A stretch of DNA of 64,000 bases from positions 364,374,001 to 364,438,000 of the forward strand of contig OZ024743.1 of the NCBI GenBank assembly GCA_964016885.1. The letters run 5' to 3'. Each line of letters begins with the position of its first letter. The stretch's first letter is position 1. The stretch is from Eledone cirrhosa (Eukaryota). The notes below the pieces were generated by a model. The model saw nothing but the letters and a program-made list of their open reading frames with translations. It did no database searches and was not told the DNA's origin. Both the position numbers and the translations under genes were made by a program. Positions 1 through 12,239 of the stretch are shown in pieces.

Positions 1-760
1 ATGAAACAATCACTATCAACTGTTCAGAGGGCTTCCTAAAGATATTTAATAGATTCAGCTACCTGGGGTGGGAGGGATTAGCTGTGGAGGAGGTCGTTTT
101 AAAAGTACAGAGTCGTAGTGAGGACCAGTTGAAAAATGTTTGGAGAGCTACTACCACTGCTTAGAGTGAAAGGCAGATTGTATGATGCATGTGTACAAAC
201 CAGCAATGATGCATGGAAGTGAGACTTTGGCTTCTTGTAAGGACTTACAGAGATTTTAAAGAAATAAGGTGAGCATATTCTAATAAATGTATACATAAAC
301 AGCACCAATAAGTTGAGAGAAAAACTGTGCATAAGGATCAGATGCAGTGTGCAGGAGAGGAGACTATATTGGTATAGACATGTGATGCATATGGAGGATG
401 ACAGACAACTGCATAAAGAAATGCAGAGCACTCAAAATTGATGGAACCTATGGAAGAGGAAGACCTAGTACAACTTGAGATGATGATGTGAAGGTCAAAC
501 TCATGCTAAGGACCAAGATGTCTGGAGACCATCTCTGATAGTCCGGCAGCTTTTCCCTTTCCCATCTCCATGATTGCTTCTTTAACCCTCTAATTGTCAA
601 CTTCAATAACCAGTCCCTCTGTTGAGTAATTCTTCTACTGAGTCTCCACATTTATCAACCTCTCATAATAGTAACATTTCTAGACCTCTTTTTTCTGAGC
701 ATCAGAGAAGCTAAGTGCACTGGTATCATTCCAAACACATTCCGAGAATTGGAGCTTATT
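1..760. mobile_element. Degenerate RTE LINE fragments (plus-strand C-terminal piece 1-560; minus-strand piece about 600-760)
   Basis: Similar to the MKGRLYDAC..MHGSET and CVWND...KCYYERL segments of the local RTE family. Confidence 0.7.
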
Positions 761-993
761 TTTAGAATTATTAGGGTTGACTAGATCTGGGTCTTTATTA
801 GGGGACATGTATATAAATACAAACAAGCATCTATACAAGCAGATATATTTGGTGTACAACATGCATTCACATGCAGGTGTTAAGATGTGTGTAGTGGCAT
901 GAGCACTAGCATATACTAGCACAGCCAAATTACTACATAAACACACAGATGCACATGCATATACTAATATACATATGTGCACACCTACCTCAA

Positions 994-997
<4 letters not shown>

Positions 998-1063
<66 letters not shown>
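998..1063. repeat. (CA)n microsatellite
   Basis: Directly visible. Confidence 0.95.
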
Positions 1064-1066
<3 letters not shown>

Positions 1067-1366
1067 TGCACTTTGCCTTTCATCCTTTCAGGGTCAATAT
1101 ATAAAGAACCAATCCAGGAGCAGTAGATTGGTGGAATTGTTAGAGCATCAGATAAGATGCTTGGCAGTGTGAAGAAAGAAATGGAGAACTACCATGCTTG
1201 CCCTATTACCTACACACTCAAATGACAACATAAAAATGGTATTATGCTGCTGTGAGAGAAGCTATATTATAAAGAATCTACATTAGATTTATCTAAGATA
1301 AATCTAATATTTATATATCTTTCAAGACTAAATCAATTAAAAACCCTTCAAGGCAATACCCCAGCA

Positions 1367-1520
1367 TGGCTATAGACCAATGGCTATAGACAATGACTAT
1401 AGACCAATGACTATAGACCAATTGGCTATAGACCAATGACTATAGACCAATGACTATAGACCAATGACTATAGACCAATTGGCTATAGACCAATGGCTAT
1501 AGACCAATGACTGAAACCAA
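1367..1520. repeat. Minisatellite, about 10 copies of TG(G/A)CTATAGACCAA(T), expanded within a SINE tail
   Basis: 13-15 bp tandem units between ccccagcatggc and caatgactgaaacc. Confidence 0.9.
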
Positions 1521-1582
1521 TATTAAACAATACACAACAATACAAGAATAAATTACAGTAAAAAAAAGTAACACACACAAAC

Positions 1583-1684
1583 CTGATATATATGATCGGG
1601 ACTTATATGTATCTTCGTATACATATGTACTAAGATATTAACAGCCGATTCTCGTGAAGCAACAGGTTTAAGCATGCTGGTTAC
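1583..1684 (-). CDS. USP38: USP35/38-like, second coding exon (VTSMLKPVASRESAVNILVHMYTKIHISPDHIYQ)
   Basis: Polypyrimidine ttctcttttattccAG acceptor, 102 nt in phase 0, CAG|GTTTGT donor. The peptide aligns with the USP38 segment VFNRLWFPLVRPGALAVLSHMLLSFQHSPEAFHL. The gene continues left of the window. Confidence 0.8.
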
Positions 1685-2133
1685 CTGGAATAAAAGAGAA
1701 AAGAATAAACAGATATAATGTATCACTCATTGTTGCCATCCAACTCTCTTTCTCCAAATACTCTCTCTCTCTCACTTCCATTACTATCTCTTCTATTACC
1801 CTGTTTCTCTCCTTTTACTCTTTCTTCCCATATCACACAGCTCATACTGTCTCACTGTCTAAATATCTATACAGTGCAGCATTTTAAAACCTAAATGAGC
1901 AACAAAATGTCTATCATTTTAAGCTAATTTGATATTTTGCTAGCTTATCCTTACGTTCTCGCATTGCTTTAAACAGCAACTACAAAGTGCAACAACTACA
2001 AAGGATAATAAATTTCCCTATGTAAATTTTCCTCAAAAAAATTTATTGAATCTTGAATTATTTCTCTTTTGAAAAAAATGCAGGCAAATTAATAAAGAAA
2101 AGATTAAGCTTATAAAAAAATAAATTTACTTAC

Positions 2134-3051
2134 AAAGATAATAGCCTTCTCTGTTATTTCCTTTAAAACATCAGTCAATCCTGCTTCGTCTACCTTTTGA
2201 AAAATTCCTTTTATCCAAATATCAACTCCTTGTGAAAATGGCCACTCAAGCCAGTGAATGATTTGGTAAATCGCATTGGAGAGTCTATCTTTGTCAATTA
2301 CATCTGTATTAATCAGATTGATAATTTTTTCTACTGACTTAATTGGTAGCTGACATAATGTCCCAAGACAAATTGATGGTTTATCATATGGCTGAGAAAT
2401 TAAGGAAAAAAGATGATGAATTGAATTATTCCTTGTGTCATCATCATAATCCCATAATTCTATTAAGATTTTTCCAGCTGATTTTATCGTTTTAACTTCA
2501 TGTAAAAAACAACTATTCCCTTGTTTAGGCATCTTATTTACATATAAGATATCGAGTATTACACAGCAGAAATTGAATCTTTGAGTTTGAAAAACTGGAA
2601 CACATTCTGCATGTTTTGTTATTAAAGAAAAGATTATGTCCAAACATTGTAAATTATTGTTCAGTTTCAAAAATGGTGTAATTAATTGGTGGAAATATTT
2701 TACTAATAAAGCATAACATTCTCTATTTCTCAAAATTTTCAATGATTTTTCCATAATAACAATAGCTGCTGTTGGATTTTCATGTGGTTCAATTAAAATA
2801 TTGTTCATGAAATCTAGTGTGAAGTAGTTTTGGAATATATCTTCGTTGTCTTTAGCCCAGATTTCATAAAGTTTCACACCAGATGTACAAAGAAATGCAG
2901 TTTGTCCATCTAAACACAATTTGATTGCAAGATTTAGAATAGGAATTGTTTCTTGAGGCTTTTTTGGAGAATCTAATATTCTTTGAAAAATCTTTTGTTT
3001 AAGACTTTCAGGGTGTTTTGACATGAAAAGGCCATGCAAAATTTCATCCAT
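2134..3051 (-). CDS. USP38: USP35/USP38-like ubiquitin carboxyl-terminal hydrolase, first coding exon (N-terminal helical region)
   Basis: ORF 2110-3150 contains MDEILHGLFMSKHPESLKQKIFQRIL...LCLDGQTAF and IIHWLEWPFSQGVDIWIKGIF. These match my recollection of the USP38/USP35 N-terminus (MDKILEGLVSSSHPLPLKRVIVRKV; MIDWLSWPLAQHVDTWVIALL). ATG at 3051; donor TTT|GTAAGT at 2134/2133. USP38 vs USP35 orthology is not resolved. Confidence 0.85.
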
Positions 3052-4649
3052 TGTTTTGGCAGTAAAATTTTCAGAAAATAAAAGATGTCTTTCTGGTTTT
3101 TTTTCTATAAATAATAGTTGTAATTCAACAGTTTGTTCATCTGATTGCAAGATTTAAAACATGAATTGTTTCTTGTGGTGTTTTTGAGAATTTAATATTT
3201 GGGGGGGGGGAAACTGTTCAAAATTTGCTGAGTGTTTGAAATCAAAAAGGCTTCATAAAATTTCATCCATTCTTGAGCAGTTAAAAATTCAAGAAATTTC
3301 CAAACATTTCATCCATGGCATTCTCATTCTAGAAAATGTTGAAAAAAAATTAGTCTTTAGCAGGTTTTTAGAGGTTAAACATGGTATTTTTTCTAGGAAA
3401 AATAAAATGTAAGTATGGTGAGAACAGCCAAAAGTCCCTCAACAAATACCCTACTGTTTTTAAAATAGAGATCACATGAACCAGTAAAATGAAGGAGCTT
3501 TGGTATAATCACTACACCTCAATGTAGCTTAATCTCCTTTAACCAATTAATGCAGAAAGTTTAATTATCATTCTACAGTTAATTACAGGTAAATATCAAG
3601 AAATAATGGATGAAAAATGCATAGAAGAATGAGTTATCCAAATTTCAGATTACCTGAAAGGCCCATGAATATTTAATTAGCTATTCTGTTGTGTGCACCA
3701 GAACTCAAGAATGATATGAGGACTACCATTTCATCTTTTGTTTACAATGATTAAAAGTGAATTCAAATTACTAAAAAATGTGAAAATGTTACATGAAAGA
3801 CTACTGACACATCTTTTGTTTACAGTTATCAAAAATACCATGGTTCAATTGGTCTCCTAATTTTAACAAATAAAAATATCTGACAGGCCAAAAAATTTAA
3901 AAGAGAACAGCAAAATCAGTGATATCTTCATTCACTCTATGATAAGGAAGCATACAGGATGTTGCTCACCTGCCAGAACATATATATATATACACCCAAG
4001 AATTATTCACTTGCACTGGTCAGTTCAAGAAATAGTCCGTCCACTTCAGGGGTCTCTTGAAGAGCCAACAGCCTCACAGCACTGGTGCACGATTGCTGCA
4101 GACCAGTCAGTGAAACTGCAGTCAGGAGTTTTAAGGAAAAATAGGTATCTTTTTGTTTATTCATTCCTCATGTTTATAATTTATTAGATAGCTCTGATTA
4201 AATGATTATTTTAATTCATTCAGTCATTGAGCAAAACTGGTCAAGGCGAGACACCACACACACACACATATATTTATGTACCTGTGTGTATATCTAATAA
4301 CCATTTTGTCCCAACTCCCTTATGGTAGAGTTAAACAGGCAAGTGCTGGCTGCTTTTTCTAGCAAATATGGTACTTGCCAAACATCCAACCTTTGCTTTT
4401 CCTGTGACCACTATACCACATAATAACCCTAGAGAGAATTATTCACTTGTAACAGTGAGTTCAAGAAGTAGTCCATTCACTTGAGGGGTCTCTTGAAGGG
4501 CCAGCAGCCTCACAGCACTGGTGCACTTTTCTGGTGCATACTGGTCAACGAAACTGCAGTAGAGACTGAATAAAAAATAGGTATATTTTTGTCAATTCTT
4601 TCTTCACATTTAGAATTTTATATATATATATAGTAATAATAATAAATTT

Positions 4650-4811
4650 GAAGACTAAAATCCAAAGAGGGCTTGATAAGGATAAATATATATCAAATAT
4701 ATAAGAACCATAGAGCAAATATTTATTAAAATAACAGATTAAAGTTTAAGCAAAGAATCGCTGCTTTCACCCTTAACGGGATCTTCTGAAACTCTGAAAT
4801 CTGTTATTTTA

Positions 4812-4820
<9 letters not shown>
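4650..4820 (-). mobile_element. Penelope-like LTR remnant with a 22-bp inverted repeat and a hammerhead-like fold
   Basis: Perfect inverted repeat 4719-4740/4798-4819; enclosed core CAGAAGA...GAAA with three stems on the minus strand. Confidence 0.5.
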
Positions 4821-4852
<32 letters not shown>

Positions 4853-4853
<1 letters not shown>

Positions 4854-6245
4854 GATTGCCCTTCAGGCTATAACAGAGGAGTTCAAAACCGGCTGCCCAT
4901 GGGAACTCCTATACGCAGATGATCTAACGCTCATAGCTGAATCAATGGCTGAACTAGAGAAGAAATTCCAAACATGGAAGCATGGCCTAAAATCAAAAGG
5001 CCTTAAAATTAACCTGTCTAAGACTAAAGTTCTAGTTTGTAAGAAGGAAAATAGGGCACTGGTCCCATCTGGGAAATGGCCATGCCCAATGTGTAGGAAA
5101 GGACTAGGCAGAAACTCCATTTTATGTCCCAAATGCAAAGTATGGGTGCATAAAAGATGTAGTGGGATCACAGGTAAGCTAACTAAGAATATAGATTTTA
5201 TATGTGGCCGGTGCTCAGGTGCAATAAGTAGCAGCAAGTGCCCAAGAATACTAGCTCATTCCATTGCACAGATGGTTCTATAGAAATAATGGACACCTTC
5301 CGCTACCTGGGTGACAAAATAGGCAGTGGTGGAGGGTGCTCTGAAAGTACAGTAGCTAGAGTTAGAATGGGATGGAAAAAGTTCAGACAGCTTATACCAC
5401 TATTGGCCACTAAAGGTTTCTCTCTAAAAATGAAAGGCAGGCTGTATGATGCCTGCATACGAACAGCAATGTTACATGGCAGTGAGACTTGGGCATTGTG
5501 GCAGAGGATATACGCAGACTGGAGAGGAACGAAGCTTGCATGCTCCGTTGGATGTGTAATAGTAATATACGTGAACGGCAAAGCATAAATGAACTAAGGG
5601 AGAAATTAGGAATAAGAGGGATCAGATGTTGTTTACTTGAGAGAAGACTACGTTGGTATGGCCACGTGATGCGCATGAAAGACGACAGCTGTATAAAAAA
5701 GTGCACGGCGATAAAAATAGACGGTAGCCACAGAGTAGGCAGACCCAGAAAAACCTGGGACGACTTGATAAATTCCGACCTCACACCTCTCCAAGACAAT
5801 GTCACTGGACCGAGATCTTTGGCGCTACACAGTAATACAGAAGACCCGCCTTGCCTAAGTACAAAGCGAAACCTACAGTCAGTAGGCACCTCTTAACAAA
5901 AATACACCCCCGTCCAACTACCCCCACCCCATCCACACCACTCCTTTCGATGTAAAGTTATGTTGGTACCACAACATCCAGTCCTAAATAAATGAGGTCG
6001 TGTAGGTGTCACGACAAAAAAAAAAAACACAGCCCACGCTGTAATGTGGCCGTGTAGGTAACACGGTAAAAACCTCCCAGTTCACACTGTAAAGATAGTT
6101 GGTGTTAGGAAGGGCATCCAGCCGTAGAAAACCCGCCAGACAGTCCTATACAAGCAAGACAACCAATTTTGCCTCAAGTGGGAAATTTCCCGTCCAAACC
6201 CATGCAAGCGTGGAAGATGGACATTAAACGATGATGATGATGATG
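4853..6245 (+). mobile_element. 5'-truncated RTE LINE (RT C-terminal half, PHD-like finger, 3'UTR, (GAT)n tail) with frameshifts
   Basis: WELLYADD, CPMC..CPKC..HKRC..CGRC and MLHGSETW; highly similar to 38545-39930. Confidence 0.92.
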
Positions 6246-6274
6246 AAACAGAGAGAGAAGAGAGAGAGAGAAAA

Positions 6275-7400
6275 CTTCCTGACTGGAAGCATACCTGGAA
6301 AGAAAAGGACTTAAAGTCAACTTTGCAAACATCAAAGTTCTAGTAAGAAGTAAAGAAAACAAGGTCCTGATCCCTTCTGAGAAATGGTCCTGTTCAGTGT
6401 GTAGGAAAGAGGTGGGTAAAAATTCTATCATCTGTCCCAAATGCAACTAATGGCTAGCTACAAAAGACTTTTCCCGAAAAATGAAAGGCGGATTGTATGA
6501 GGCATGTATACGAACTGTAATGCTGCATGGCAGTGAGACATGGACACTCTGTGCAGAGGACCTATGTAGATTGGAAAGAAATGAAGCTTGCATGCTCCAA
6601 TGGATGTGCAATAATGAACAGCCAAATGTAAATGAACTAAGAAAGAAACTGGGCATAAGAGGGGTCAGATGCAGTATGCAAGAGAGGAGATCACGGTGAT
6701 ATAGACATGTGATGTATATGAAGGATGACAGCTGTATAATAAAGTACAGAGCACTCAAAGTTGATGGAAGCTATGGAATGGAAAGACCTAGGAAGACTTG
6801 AGATGAAGTGATAAAAGGTGACCTCATACAATTGCACCTCTCAAAGGCAATGACACAGGATCGAGATCTCTGGTGTTATGCAATAAAAAAGAAGACCTGC
6901 CTTCCCATGTTCATGGGTTGAAACATACATCTAGTATGCACCACTTTCCCCTACCTTCCCTCTTCCATACACCGCCCACATCCTAACACACCGTCCTTCA
7001 CCAGATAAGTCCCCAACCACATCCTAGATTTACCTCTCCAATTCCCACATACATACATCACCACCAGGCCCCAGTCTACATTGTAAAGTGGTCATTTTGG
7101 TGTCACAACAAAAAGCACCCTGTCCACATTATAAAGTGGACATGTTGGTGACATGACAAAATGTGCCCAGCCCACTCTGTAAAGTGCTTGTTTTGGTGCC
7201 TTGATATAAAGCACCCACTACACACTGTAAATGTGGTTGACATTAGGAAGGGCATCCAGCTGTAGAAACCAGGCCAAAATCAGTTTTGTATGAGCATGAC
7301 ATGGTCATCTGATCTGGCTTGTCTAACAACAAGACAACTCATCTAACCCATGCTAGTGGGGGAAAATGGATGTTAAACAGAGATGATGATGATATATATA
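6275..7400 (+). mobile_element. Degenerate 5'-truncated RTE LINE
   Basis: MKGGLYEACIRTVMLHGSETW; 3'UTR with tandem subrepeats; (GAT)n tail. Confidence 0.85.
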
Positions 7401-7402
7401 TA

Positions 7403-7770
7403 TCATCACTGCTTAACGTCCACTTTCTACACTAGCATGGGTTAGATGAGTTGTTCCATTGTGAGATAAGTCAGATCAAGTGACTGAGTTTTGCTCAAAC
7501 AGAACTGTTTCTGGCTTGATTTCTATGGCTGAATGCCCATCCTAACACCAATCACATTTACAGTGTGGACTGGGTGCTTTTTATCGTAACACCAAAATGA
7601 CCAACTGACAGGTTGGACTGGGTACTTTTTCATCATGTCACCAGCACGACCACCTTACAGAGTGAACCGGATGCTTTTTGTCATGTCATCAAAGACAAAC
7701 ACTTTACAGTGTGGATTGAGTGACTTTTATTGTCACCAACATGACCACTTTAACAGATGGACTGAGTGCT
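7403..7770 (-). mobile_element. RTE LINE 3'UTR/tail in opposite orientation
   Basis: Reverse-complement similarity to 7070-7400. Confidence 0.8.
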
Positions 7771-7839
7771 TTATAAATATAGTGTAGTTGAATTTCATAA
7801 TAAATACCCGAAGTTGGTAAAGCACTCAACCTGAGGGAC

Positions 7840-10800
7840 AGCAAGATTGCCACTATCATAAGATAGAAATAAATGTATAAGATAAATGTATAAGAAGTGT
7901 TCCATTGGTTCTAAAAGTATAGACCAGAAAGTATAGTTTTTTAATACAAATAATTTATTACTTTGATTGTTTTGAACATGTTACAAAATGTATGCAGCAA
8001 GATTTTCTGTGTGCAGATGCCAGTGAAATGAATGTTTTTTTTTCTAGTAGGTCAAAAATGCAGTGAGACAGGCTCTAATTTATCCTTACTTATTGTCAGG
8101 GATTGAAATATTTGGGTAAAACAAAGATGATGGATAAATAGTAAATCCCTGAAAAGCCGTCTAAAGAACTGCTCTCAATGTTAGAGAGAAAAATCAAAAA
8201 CATCGGTCCACGAGACAATGTCCCTCGGGACCAAAGGATTAACGGCTTGGTGCTGAGTGTTCATAAGTGGCAGGACTTGAAAATACGAACGCAGACGGTT
8301 CACATAGAGTGTTGGATACTGAGTAGAAAGATCGACTGGGGCAAGCATCTGCCCTGGCAAAGACAAAGGAGCACCGTACAAAAGCTCGGCTGGGGAGAAT
8401 CCAAGGGTCCTCCTTAACTAGTTTGGATGCTGAGTAGTACTATGGAGAGGGTCTTGCTCCAATATAGAGTATCCGGATAGGCACATAACGCTGCCTTCAA
8501 CTGGCGATGAAAACGCTCCACCATTCCATTAGCTGCAGGATGGTAACTGGTAGTCTGGATACGTTGAGCCCCGATGATATTTATTAGCTCCAAGAAAAGA
8601 TTAGACTCAAACTTCCTACCACGGTCTGTATTAATAGTGGTAGGAACATCGTAATGAGATATCCATCCTGATACCAGAGCTCACGTTACGGATTCAGCAG
8701 TAATATCACTAAGCGGAATGGCTTCAGGCCATCAGGTGAAACAGTCAGGATGTACGAATATCCACAACTGACAGGCCAAGGTCCCACGAGATCAATATGA
8801 ATGTGGCGGAAATGTGCATCAGGTGTACTGAAGGTACCGAGTAGTGCGCGGATGTGCTTATGCACCTTTGACTTCTGGCACAAGAGACAAGAACGAGACG
8901 AATGCAGAATATTGCGTCTCGTATTTGGCCAGAAGAATCTTTACTGAGGCCAAGGCTCCAGGGTGTGAAAGGTTGCGTAGAGCGTCGAAAACAATTTGTC
9001 GATGAGTCTCAGGAACAAAGGGACGAGGCAAATCAGTAGATACGTCACAGAGAATGTGCATGTCCGCAGTCGGTAAGGGCAGGTACTTGAATTTACAAGT
9101 CACAAATTCAGAGGATGACATGTCCAGTGAGTCCAAAGGAGGCTGGTCGGAGGATAAGAGATTCAGGTCAATCTCCTGAGTTGATGATATTGCACTAATA
9201 GGCAGCCGAGGTAATGCATCTGCCAGTGTTTTGAGAGCCAGAAATATGCTGAATGTCGCTAGTAAACTGAGAAACGATCAAGATGTCTCATCTCCCTTGG
9301 CGAATATTTATCAGGCTTTGACCTCAAAGCAAAAGAGGTTTATGGTCAGTATAAACGGTAAAGTCTCTTCTCTCAAGGAGGTGTTGAAAATGTTTTACAG
9401 ACAGGTAAATAGCTAGTAATTCGCGACCAAAAGTGCTGTATCGCATCTCGGCAGGCTTCAGCTTCTGAGAGAAAAATGCCAGAGATTGCAGGTGTCCTAA
9501 ATGAAACTGCTGTAAAATGGCCTCAACTGCTGTGTCCGATGCATCAACCACAAGCGAAAGCTTTGCATCGGAGACAGGGTGCGATAGAAGAGAAGCTTTA
9601 GCAGACTCATTTTTCACAGAGTTAAAAACTTCCAACTGTGTTGCAGTCAAAGCAATATCTTCATTCTTCTCACAAGGATTTCTTAACAGTTCAGTAAAAG
9701 GAAACAAAAGTTCAGACAGTGAGGAATGAAACGTCTATAAAAATTTAGCAAACTAAGAAAATGGCACAACTGACGAAGGGAAGAAGGGGGTAGATCTGCA
9801 ATAGCCTAAACTTTTTCAGGGAGAGGTTGAATACCTTCTTCATCAATAACATGGCCAAGAAAAACAAGAGAAGATGAACCAAAAACACATTTAGCAGGGT
9901 TAACTCGCACTTGGAAATCCTGAAGGTGCTGGAAAAGCAGCTTTAAATGATGAATATGGTCTTCAGCAGAAGAACTGGCAATCAGCAGATCATCAATATA
10001 TGCATAGATGAAGTCCAGAACATGAATGACTTTGTCTATGAATCGCTGAAATGTGCTAGCGGCATTTCTGAGGCCAAATGGCATTGTTAAAAATTCAAAG
10101 GAGCCGAAGAGTGTCATTATTGCTGTTTTGGGAATATCCTCCGAGTTAACTGGAATCTGATGATAAGCTCGCACAAGGTCAAGCTTAGAAAATACCATAC
10201 ATCGTGTAAAGAAGAAAACTCCTGGGTATGAGGAATAGGGTATCTATCCGGAACCGTCATGACATTTAGTCTTCTAAAATCTCCCATAGGTCTCCAGTTT
10301 TCAGAGCCCTTGGGGACCATATGAGGCAGAGAGGCCCATGGACTGGTGGATAGACGGATAATTCCTAGTTGCAACATATGATCAACCTCAGCTTTTGCCG
10401 CCTTGAGTCTGTCCGGAGGTAAACAACGAGGACAACTGGAGATCCGCTCATAGAAATGAAATGCTTTGTAGAGTGAGCAGGATTACTCACTTGAAAATTT
10501 AAGTTAGTAAGTTCCAGGAAAGAGTCCAAAAGCGAATGATACACATCTCCCGCTGTAGCGATGAAGAACGCCGGGCTAACCAATGGAGTACTGGAATTCT
10601 TGCCACAAATTGAAAAGTCAGTAGTATTATCCAAAAGACGTTGTTTACGAACATCCACCAAAAGCGAGTAGTGGTGGAGAAATTCCACTCCCAGGATTGG
10701 ATACGGCAGGTCAGCTATGACGAATATCCATTTAAAGTCACGTCGTAAATTCAAATCCAAAGAGCGAGATCTGACCAAATGTTTGTAAATGTGAATGGTT

Positions 10801-12238
10801 CACCGCCTGCAGGGTAATTGGAGAAGAAGGTGTATCCTTAAGGAACTTCATAGGCCAAATACTGCAAGAAGCACCAGAATCCACGAGGAAAAGTTGGCGT
10901 GATAAGAAATCTTCAACGAAAAATGCACGATTAGAAAGATATGCACAGGGCTCAGTTGTCATGCTCAGTGTCCCATGCTTCCGTTTCCCAGATTGACATA
11001 CCAACAGGGTTTAACACATTTATGAGCTTTCTCTGCAAAATGCTCGTAGTACCAGCAAATATTAGAAGAAGCAAGAGAAAAGGAACGTCGTCTAGGTGAA
11101 GATGAACGACTGAATGACTGTCATCGACGTTGGTGAGAATCCTGAGCAGCACGTAACTTCTTTACTTCCCTTGTTAAATCCAGGATAGCTTGTAAAGTGG
11201 CTGAATTTCAGTAGCAGTAGAAGAAGAAACAGTAGCAAGTCCGTCGTTACTTCTGCTACTAGAATATTCCACAATTTTGTCAGTTGAAGAAGCCAACTGG
11301 TCAACGCTACTGACCTCCATCATCGGGGCAAGAATAGCCTGTATATTTGAAAGCAAACGTGAGAAGAATAGCTGCTTCAGCATGGACTTATCTTCTGAAG
11401 AGCCTTCAGCAAGCTCCTTCATTCTACGCAGTAGTTGGGTCGGAGTCTTGTTGCCCAAATGCTCATGGTGTACCAACGTGCAGAAACGCTTCACAGCAGA
11501 AAGAGACGTCCTACAGAGAATTTCAGCTTTTAATGAAAAATAAGAGGCGTCTGTAGGTGTATCTATAATTAGATACTTTAGAGTAGCTGTTAAGGATGAA
11601 GGAATGACACTCAGTAAAATGTGTAATTGTTGTTGCTCCGAAGTAATACTGTTTGCTGTAAAGTATGACTCCATTTGCGCAAACCACACTCTTACATCAC
11701 AGTTGAACGCTGGTAAAGAAGAGTGATTCATACTTGCAAAGAGATGCGGTCAGTATAGAATAAAAAACAGGTTAGCAAGGTCTTCAAGGCAAAGAATCAA
11801 CCAATACGACAAAAAGAATATCCTCAGCAACTGGTTTCATTTTCCTTTCAAAATTTTCACCAATGGCGGTGATCGAGATGCAACCAGAGTGTTTGGCGCC
11901 AGAGCATCCCACAGCAAGAAGAAAAATCAGCAAGACGGGTAGCCATATTGAAAATCTTCACACGTGTAAATTTCAATCTTCCTCTCTTGAGCACAATCCT
12001 GCTACAAAAAAAAAGGGAATATTTCCAAAAAAAATATTGCGACGTCGGTCATTATCACCTTTTAGTAAGATTGCCACTATCGCAAGACGGAGATGTATAA
12101 GAAGTGTTCCATTGGTTCTAAAGGTTCAGATAAGAAGGCTTATCTTTTTTATACAAATAATTTATTCCTTTGATGGTTTTGAACACGGTACAAAATGTAT
12201 GCCACAGCGATAAAATAGTACTATCCTGTCTCGCTACA
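7840..12238 (-). mobile_element. Degenerate Ty3/Gypsy LTR retrotransposon (gag, protease, RT, RNase H, integrase) with short diverged LTRs
   Basis: gag 11731-11174 (WFAQMESYF) plus a CWY..HF...A.KC.KPC knuckle; protease LVDSGA; [14 protein letters not shown]; RNase H VDASD..YST FGRELLAIY; integrase HIDLVGP..YHPAANGMVERFH. Many frameshifts. LTR-like repeats at about 7840-8000 and 12064-12238. A degenerate tRNA-Trp-like PBS lies near 12042-12054. Confidence 0.92.
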
Positions 12239-12239
12239 C

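Noticed and set aside
1367-1520. CRISPR-like array
   Set aside because: Units are directly adjacent with no unique spacers, the context is eukaryotic, and there are no cas genes.
3052-3150. 33-aa N-terminal extension of the USP ORF from the ORF track
   Set aside because: It starts at a non-ATG codon within the degenerate duplicated segment; homology begins at the ATG at 3051.
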